Both the position numbers and the translations under genes were made by a program. From Lysobacterales bacterium (GTDB lineage Bacteria; Pseudomonadota; Gammaproteobacteria; Xanthomonadales; SZUA-5), in NCBI GenBank assembly GCA_019187485.1, contig JABAQR010000001.1, positions 40,359-104,358 on the forward strand: DNA of 64,000 bases, in the 5' to 3' direction. Positions 7,650-13,471 of this stretch are shown piece by piece. Position 1 is the first letter of the stretch. The number at the start of each line of letters is the position of its first letter. The notes beneath the pieces were generated by a model. That model had not been told where the DNA came from. It was given only the letters and a program-made list of their open reading frames with translations, and did not search any database.

Positions 7650-8963
7650 TCACTGGGTCTTGAGCTGCGACGCCGGCGCAATCCGGCAGGCGCGCCAGGC
7701 GGGATAGGCGCCGGCGGCGACTGCGCCGGCCACCGCGGTGACCAGGAGCATCCCGAACAGGCCGACGTCGAGTCGCGCGACGTCGTCGAAATTGGGCATC
7801 AGGCTGCGCACCAGGGCCAGGCCGCCGAGCGTCAGGAGCAGGCCGCAGACCGCGCCGAGCGCTCCAATCAGGCCGGATTCGGTGAGGTGCTGGGCGAAGA
7901 TCGCGCTGCGCCTGGCGCCGAGCGCGCGGCGCAGGCCGATCTCGCCGCTCTTGCGCAGGAACTTGCTGAGCAGCAAGCCGGCGGCGTTCAGCAGGCAGAC
8001 GATCAGGAAGGCCACGCCGACGCCGACGAAGATGCGGGTATCGTCCGGAACCACGTTGTTGACCGCCAGCCAGCCCATCACCGGCGTGATCCGGTGGTTG
8101 TCCGGGCGGCCGAAACGACCGGCCTTGCGCTGCTCGGCGACATAGGCGTCAAGGTAGGCCTGGTAGGCGGACACAGCGGCGGCATCCGGCAGTTCCACCC
8201 AGTATTGGGTCATGATGCACTCGGAGTCCATCAGGCCCCGGTAGCCGGGCGCCGACGGAGGCTGCCAGCAGTTGATGTTGCCGTTGATGTCCATTTCCCT
8301 GGCGGTGGCCACGGTGAATGGCAGGAACACGTCTTCCGGATCGTCGAGGGTGTTGTTGGTGACGTCGTAGAAGCGCGGGCGCAGCTCCCAGGTGTCGAGC
8401 ACGCCGGTGATGCTGAAGTCCTCGTCGTCGAAGCGGATGCGCTGGCCGACCACATCGGTCTTCTTGAACACCCGCTCGGCGAGTTCGCGGGTGATCACCG
8501 CGACACGCGCCTCGCGCTGCTCGTCTTCCTTCGACCAGCCGCCGCCATGCAGGAAGGGGGCGTCGAACATCGCGAACAGGTCGCCGCCGGTGACGCGCAC
8601 CGAGGCGTTGCGCGGGCGCACCTGCGGATCTGCCGGCACCACCACCACGGAGGACTGGTACATCCCGGCCTGGCGCAGGCCCTTGGCATCGGCCATCAGC
8701 CGGCGCGTGTCGCCGTGCGTCAGCTGGTCCGGCGGCAGCCCGCGTTCGCGGTCGTAAGGCGACTGCGGATCCCAGTTGTCCAGCTGCACCGCGTAGAGCA
8801 CATCGCTCTTGTGCGGAATCGGGTTGTTCGACAGCCGGTAGAGCACGGTGAACGAGGTCATCGCCGTGGCCAGGCCCAGCGCGATCGCCAGCACCATCAG
8901 CGTCGACAGCACCGGCGTGCGCTTGAGCGCCAGCAGGGCGAGTTTGAGGTAGTAGGTGAACAT
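7650..8963 (-). CDS. ABC transporter permease, MacB/FtsX-like (second paralogue)
   Basis: Track ORF of 437 aa. It starts MFTYYLKLALLALKRTPVLSTLMVLAIALG, has a large periplasmic domain, and ends in an FtsX-type region (LRRALGARRSAIFAQHLTESGLIG). Confidence 0.9.
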   Translation of the reverse strand: MFTYYLKLALLALKRTPVLSTLMVLAIALGLATAMTSFTVLYRLSNNPIPHKSDVLYAVQLDNWDPQSPYDRERGLPPDQLTHGDTRRLMADAKGLRQAGMYQSSVVVVPADPQVRPRNASVRVTGGDLFAMFDAPFLHGGGWSKEDEQREARVAVITRELAERVFKKTDVVGQRIRFDDEDFSITGVLDTWELRPRFYDVTNNTLDDPEDVFLPFTVATAREMDINGNINCWQPPSAPGYRGLMDSECIMTQYWVELPDAAAVSAYQAYLDAYVAEQRKAGRFGRPDNHRITPVMGWLAVNNVVPDDTRIFVGVGVAFLIVCLLNAAGLLLSKFLRKSGEIGLRRALGARRSAIFAQHLTESGLIGALGAVCGLLLTLGGLALVRSLMPNFDDVARLDVGLFGMLLVTAVAGAVAAGAYPAWRACRIAPASQLKTQ

Positions 8964-8993
8964 GGGGAGTCCTTGGAGTTTCGGGGACGTTGA

Positions 8994-9124
8994 AGCGGGT
9001 CAAGGGGCAGGGGGCAAGGGGGGCGGCACTCGGGCGCTTGCGAGCGGCTCGGCATCGACCGGACTGCGTCGAGGCTGGGGCATGCGGAGTTCTCGGTCCC
9101 CCGCCCCTTGCCCCTTGCCCCGCT
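8994..9124. repeat. Hairpin element 'C': the same AGCGGGK(CAAGGGG)n family as B
   Basis: Left arm 8994-9026 is AGCGGGT CAAGGGG CAGGGGG CAAGGGG GGCGG. The reverse complement of right arm 9098-9124 is AGCGGGG CAAGGGG CAAGGGG CGGGGG. The right arm ends 2 nt before the ATPase stop codon at 9127-9129. Confidence 0.9.
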
Positions 9125-9126
9125 TT

Positions 9127-9846
9127 TCACGCCACTGCGCGCACCCGCTCCACCGCCCGCACCGGGGCAAAGTCGTGTTCCGCGAGGTCGACCACCTGGC
9201 CGTCGACGATGTGCACGTGGCGGCGGGCGCGGCGGGCGAGTTCCAGGTCGTGGGTGACCATGACGATGGTGGTGCCCTGGTCGTTGATCTCCTCCAGCAG
9301 TTCCAGCACGCCGCGCGCCATCACGGTGTCGAGGTTGCCGGTGGGTTCGTCGGCGAGCAGCAGCTTGGGCTCGCCGGCAAGCGCGCGGGCGATCGCGACG
9401 CGCTGCTGCTGGCCGCCGGACAGCTCATTCGGGTAGTGGTGCAGGCGCGAGCCCAGGCCCACCCGCGACAGCGCCTGCTCGATGCGCCGCTTGCGCTCGG
9501 CCTTGGGGAAGCCGCGGTAGCGCAGCGGCACGTCGACGTTGTCGTACAGATCGAGATCGGCGATCAGGTTGAAGCTCTGGAAGATGAAGCCGATCTTCTC
9601 GTTGCGCAGGCGCGAGCGCGCATCGTCGTCCAGCTTCTTGACGTCGATGCCGTCGAGTTCATAGACGCCGTCGGTGTGCTCTTCGAGCAACCCGGCGATG
9701 TTGAGGAAAGTGGTCTTGCCCGAGCCCGACGGTCCGGTCACGGCGACGAACTCGCCGGCCTTGACGTCCAGCGTCAGGTCGCGCAGCGCATGGGTTTCCA
9801 CCAGCGCGGTGCGGAAGACTTTGCGGAGGTTCTGCATGTGCAGCAT
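9127..9846 (-). CDS. ABC transporter ATP-binding protein (MacB/LolD-type)
   Basis: Walker A (GPSGSGKTT), Q-loop, ABC signature (LSGGQQQRVAIARAL), Walker B (LLLADEPTGNLD) and H-loop (VMVTHD). Confidence 0.95.
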   Translation of the reverse strand: MLHMQNLRKVFRTALVETHALRDLTLDVKAGEFVAVTGPSGSGKTTFLNIAGLLEEHTDGVYELDGIDVKKLDDDARSRLRNEKIGFIFQSFNLIADLDLYDNVDVPLRYRGFPKAERKRRIEQALSRVGLGSRLHHYPNELSGGQQQRVAIARALAGEPKLLLADEPTGNLDTVMARGVLELLEEINDQGTTIVMVTHDLELARRARRHVHIVDGQVVDLAEHDFAPVRAVERVRAVA

Positions 9847-9885
9847 AGGTCGGATTCCTCTGGGCGTACTGGGCTTTGCTTCAAC

Positions 9886-10000
9886 GGAGTGAGTAGTCGC
9901 GCGGCTGCGCCGCGCTCAGTAGTGAGTGGTGAGTAGCAAAAGCCCGCAATCTGGACTCTCGCCGCTTCTGCCACTCACTACTCACCACTCACTACTCACC
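9886..10000. repeat. Hairpin element 'D': alternating AGTGAGT/GGTGAGT heptads
   Basis: Left 9918-9936 (AGTAGTGAGTGGTGAGTAG) pairs perfectly, 19 of 19 bp, with right 9978-9996. The right arm 9971-10000 is (CCACTCA CTACTCA)x2 and ends 3 nt before the MFP stop at 10004-10006. An extra left copy sits at 9886-9897 and a nested GC hairpin at 9899-9915. Confidence 0.9.
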
Positions 10001-10003
10001 GCT

Positions 10004-11269
10004 TCACCGCGTCAACAACACTTCCTCCACGCCGCGCAGATCGTCGATGCCGGCCACGATGACCTGCTGGCCGGGCGTGAGGCCGTCGACGACTTCGAAG
10101 GCGGAGACCGAACTGGCGCCGAGGCGGATCGGGTGGCGGCGGGCGACATCGCCGTCGATCACCCAGGCGAAGCTGGCGTCGCGCTCGAAGGCGGGGCCGC
10201 GCTCGACCAGCATCACGTCGGGCTTTTCCTCCAGCAGCACGCGCACCTGCACCCGCTGGTTCTGGCGCAGCGCGGCGACGTTCGCATCGCTCAGGCGGAT
10301 GCGCGTCAGCACCTGCGCGTTCTGCACCTCGGGCGAGACCAGGCGCACCTCGCCGCGCAGCTTCTCGCCGCCGACGGTGACCTCGGCACTCTGGCCCGGC
10401 AGCAGGGATTCGGCGTAGACCTCGGCGACCGCGGCCTCCACCTCCAGCTCGGTCAGGTCGACGACCGTCATCAACGCCTGGTTGGCGGCGACGCTGGCGC
10501 GGTCGGTGACCAGCCAGTTGCCGACCACGCCGTCGAAGGGCGCGCGCACTTCCAGCGCGGCGACCTGGCGCTCAAGCTCGGTCACCAGCACCTGCTGGCT
10601 GGCCAGCTGCTCGTCGAAGGACTTCAGCTCCAGCGCCAGCGCATCGCGCTCCAGCGCCAGGTCGGCCTCGGCCGTGGCCAGCGTGATCCGCGCGCTCTCC
10701 ACCGAATCCTGCGCGCGCTTGAAGTCGAATTCCGGCAGCGCGCCCAGCTTGAACGCGCGCTCGGTGCGCTCCAGCTCGCGCCGCGCGGCCATCTCGGCGA
10801 TGCGCGCGGTGTCGATCGCGCGGCGCTTCTCCAACAGGGTGCGGCGGTTGGTGATCTCCTGGCGCGAACGCTCGGCGGCCACGCGCGCCAGGGTCGATTG
10901 CTCGCGCTTGAGTTCGCTCTCCAGTTCGGGGCTGTCGACGGTCGCCAGCAGCTCATCCTTGCGCACGATCGCGCCCGGCTCGATCGCGAACTTCACGATG
11001 CCGGCCGCGGAGGTGTACAGCGAGGGCGAGCGCGCCGCCACGACCCGGCCCTGCGAGGACACGTCGCGTACCAGCGTGCCGCGCTTGACCTCGCCGATGC
11101 GCACGCGCTCACGCGGCAGAGTGCGTTCTGCACCCAGCGTAGGCGCGAGCAGCCACACGCAACCGATGAGCAGCAGGCCCACACCGCCGGTCAACGCCCA
11201 GGGCCGGCGCCAGACGGGTGCGCCGGTCTGCTGCAGGGGACGGTCGGTGGCAGAGGTATCGCGAATCAT
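10004..11269 (-). CDS. HlyD/MFP-family periplasmic adaptor subunit
   Basis: It has an N-terminal TM (WALTGGVGLLLIGCVWLL), a long coiled-coil hairpin region and a C-terminal beta-barrel. It is the first gene of the MFP-ATPase-permease-permease operon. Confidence 0.9.
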   Translation of the reverse strand: MIRDTSATDRPLQQTGAPVWRRPWALTGGVGLLLIGCVWLLAPTLGAERTLPRERVRIGEVKRGTLVRDVSSQGRVVAARSPSLYTSAAGIVKFAIEPGAIVRKDELLATVDSPELESELKREQSTLARVAAERSRQEITNRRTLLEKRRAIDTARIAEMAARRELERTERAFKLGALPEFDFKRAQDSVESARITLATAEADLALERDALALELKSFDEQLASQQVLVTELERQVAALEVRAPFDGVVGNWLVTDRASVAANQALMTVVDLTELEVEAAVAEVYAESLLPGQSAEVTVGGEKLRGEVRLVSPEVQNAQVLTRIRLSDANVAALRQNQRVQVRVLLEEKPDVMLVERGPAFERDASFAWVIDGDVARRHPIRLGASSVSAFEVVDGLTPGQQVIVAGIDDLRGVEEVLLTR

Positions 11270-11303
11270 CGTGCGCGCAGGGGCAGGGTGGTTGCAGTCG
11301 CTG

Positions 11304-11320
11304 ATGCACGCGCCGTGCCA
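11304..11320 (-). promoter_or_regulatory. Candidate sigma-54 (-24/-12) promoter for the ABC efflux operon
   Basis: The minus strand reads TGGCACGGCGCGTGCAT. Against the consensus TGGCACG-N4-TTGCW, the GG and GC dinucleotides are at canonical spacing. The -12 GC lies about 37 nt upstream of the MFP start codon, and a sigma-54 activator is encoded at the 3' end of the same gene string. Confidence 0.6.
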
Positions 11321-11371
11321 TACCGCAATTCATTGAAGGTACTGCAAACTCTGCTGCGTACGGCGATGGTC

Positions 11372-11409
11372 GGACAGGCCGCGGACGGCGGCCGGACGGT
11401 TACGGACGG
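11372..11409. promoter_or_regulatory. Four phased direct repeats GGAC(A/G)G spaced 11, 11 and 10 bp
   Basis: GGACAG at 11372 and GGACGG at 11383, 11394 and 11404. They lie 53-90 bp upstream of the candidate -24 element. One repeat per helical turn suggests a protein-binding array, possibly a UAS. Confidence 0.4.
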
Positions 11410-11478
11410 CGCTCTCGCCCCTTCCGTGAACCCAGCCTGTGCCGTAGTTTGCGGTGGGCGAACTTGCGGAGAAACGCG

Positions 11479-11856
11479 ATGAACCTGCGCTGTCCGAAAT
11501 GCCAGTCCGACATGGAAAAGGTCTCCACCGCGCATGGCGTGGTCGACCGTTGCACCCAGTGCCACGGCCTGTGGTTCGACCTGATGGAGCACGAGGAGAT
11601 GCGCGCGGATGCGGCGTTGGTCGATATCGGCAGCGAAAAGATCGGCCGCGAGCACAACACGCTTGGACGCATTCGCTGTCCGGTGTGCGCGAACACCACG
11701 CTGATCCGCATGGTCGACCCGCAGCAACCGCACATCTGGTTCGAGAGCTGCCCGGTCTGCTACGGCCGCTATTTCGACGCCGGGGAGTATCGCGATCTGG
11801 CCCAGCACACGCTCATGGATGTGTTCCGTCGCTGGCGCGCGCCGGCGCGCGACTAA
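11479..11856 (+). CDS. Zinc-ribbon protein (two CxxC..CxxC units; TFIIB-type zf, DUF-like)
   Basis: MNLRCPKCQ..RCTQCHGLWFD and RCPVC..SCPVCYGRYFD. The start was trimmed from track ORF 11449..11856. Confidence 0.65.
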   Translation: MNLRCPKCQSDMEKVSTAHGVVDRCTQCHGLWFDLMEHEEMRADAALVDIGSEKIGREHNTLGRIRCPVCANTTLIRMVDPQQPHIWFESCPVCYGRYFDAGEYRDLAQHTLMDVFRRWRAPARD

Positions 11857-11866
11857 GCGTGACCGG

Positions 11867-13087
11867 CTACATCACCCACTCCAACTGCAGCCAGAACTTG
11901 GTGGTGTCGCGCGCGAACTCGTCGCTGCGATAGTCGGCGAGTTTGACCAGGCCCGTCAGCTTGCCGTGGATCGGGAAGCTCAGTGAGGCATCCCACTCGC
12001 TGCCGTAGCGGGCGTCGCCACGGTCGGCGCGGTAATCGTGCCAGAGCACGGCCCACTTCATCTGCGAGCTCCGCTCGCCCTTGCCGAGCGCGCCGCCGGC
12101 GCCGATGTAGCGATCCTCGAGGCCCGCCGCCGGCGTCGCCAGGAACTGGTCGGCCCAACCGTTGAAGGCGTGCAGGGTAGCCAGCGGGGTCTGCAAGGCG
12201 TGTCGGCCATCGCCGCCGAGGTGCTCCCAGCCGGCCCGCCAGGCGATGCCGCGCCAGGTGTAGGCGGGTTCCAGCAGCCAGTAGCGGTGTGAGAATTCGA
12301 GCGGGTTGTCGGCGCGATCTCCCTGCCACGCGGCCTCGACGCGCCAGTTCCAGCCGCGTCCGTCCTTGACGTGGTTGGCGGTCCAACGTGCGCCCGTGGT
12401 CAGACTGGATGCGCCGGGTACGTCTTCGTCCTCGTGCGCGTAGACGTAGGCGCCGAAGGCCTGGGAGGATTGCGCGTAGCTCAGGTCCAGCAGATGGGTG
12501 TTGAGCCGGCGCTCGCGTGCCAGACGGTCGCGCGCGTCGTCGCCACCGACGCGATGCACGCGGTCCAGCCAGTAGTAGCGGGCGCTCAGCTCGGCGACGG
12601 GCTTCCATTCCAGACCGACCGCGTCGAAGGTCTGCTCGTTCTGGCGCCAGCCGACATTGCCGACCCAGCGCTGGTGGTCGAGGGCGACGCGCTGGCGGCC
12701 GAGCGTGGCGGCGAACTGGCTGCCGCGCCAGCCCGCCCAGACCTGGTTCAGCTCGGCACCGTCGGGGTCGATGATCGCGGGCCGCGTGGTCTGGCCGTTC
12801 GCGCCACTGTTGTAGCTGTCGTCGAGCGCGGCAATGCCCTCGCCCTCGATCAGCGCGCTCCAGCCTTTGCCGAAGTTCGCGCGCGTGCCGAGCCGCAGGC
12901 GCAGCGTGGTTGCCTGCGCGGTGCGAGCGAAGGCATCGTCGTCCACCGACTCGTGGCGCATGCGCGCGTTCCACTCGAAGACGAGCAACTCCGGCGCCGG
13001 AGCGGCGGCGGTCTCCGCGCCTGGCGCGGGACTGGAGAGGACCAAGGCGAGGGTCGCGTACAGCAGTTGGCATTTCAGGTGGTTCAT
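11867..13087 (-). CDS. Outer-membrane beta-barrel, alginate-export-family-like porin
   Basis: Signal peptide MNHLKCQLLYATLALVLSSPAPG. The body has alternating beta-strand-like segments rich in aromatic residues and Gly. The family assignment is from recall of similar N-terminal RxRxESVD motifs. Confidence 0.6.
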   Translation of the reverse strand: MNHLKCQLLYATLALVLSSPAPGAETAAAPAPELLVFEWNARMRHESVDDDAFARTAQATTLRLRLGTRANFGKGWSALIEGEGIAALDDSYNSGANGQTTRPAIIDPDGAELNQVWAGWRGSQFAATLGRQRVALDHQRWVGNVGWRQNEQTFDAVGLEWKPVAELSARYYWLDRVHRVGGDDARDRLARERRLNTHLLDLSYAQSSQAFGAYVYAHEDEDVPGASSLTTGARWTANHVKDGRGWNWRVEAAWQGDRADNPLEFSHRYWLLEPAYTWRGIAWRAGWEHLGGDGRHALQTPLATLHAFNGWADQFLATPAAGLEDRYIGAGGALGKGERSSQMKWAVLWHDYRADRGDARYGSEWDASLSFPIHGKLTGLVKLADYRSDEFARDTTKFWLQLEWVM

Positions 13088-13471
13088 GGCGATGGTCCGG
13101 GCTGAGAAGATCGATGTCGGCAGGTTCCACCTCCCGGCCCGCACCGGTAATGACCCACATCAAAGGGGTCCGCATGATTCGGTGAACGCCCTGCGCGCGT
13201 GCAGCGGACCACAGGACTGAAGCTGCGCAAGTCGGCGCATCTCGCAGCGATTCACCGGCGCCTTTCAACGTCGGCGCCGTGCCGCCGCGCGGTTCGGCCA
13301 GAACCCAGTGGTGTTTCGTGATCAAGTTGAAGGGCTACGGGCGGAGGCGGCATGCGGCCCCGCGCGGTGCCGTCGTCCGCCGTGCTGGCGCGACCGGTCG
13401 GCGGCAAAGGTGCACGCTTGCCGCCGGGGCGCGTTAGAGTGCGGTCCGTATGGCGGACCGGCGAGGTGCGC

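Noticed and set aside
7502-9097. Whether the loops of hairpins B and C are decayed remnants of the four-helix-bundle gene
   Set aside because: By eye the only shared string with element A is a short CGTCGA(G) core, at different distances from the arms. No frame gives family motifs. This needs a proper alignment, so I cannot support it.
11278-11427. A weak G-rich (GCAGGGGCAGGGTGG) / C-rich (CGCCCCTTCCG) pair flanking the sigma-54 promoter, considered as a fifth B/C-type element
   Set aside because: Only about 6 nt (AGGGGC) are truly complementary. That is within chance expectation in GC-rich DNA.
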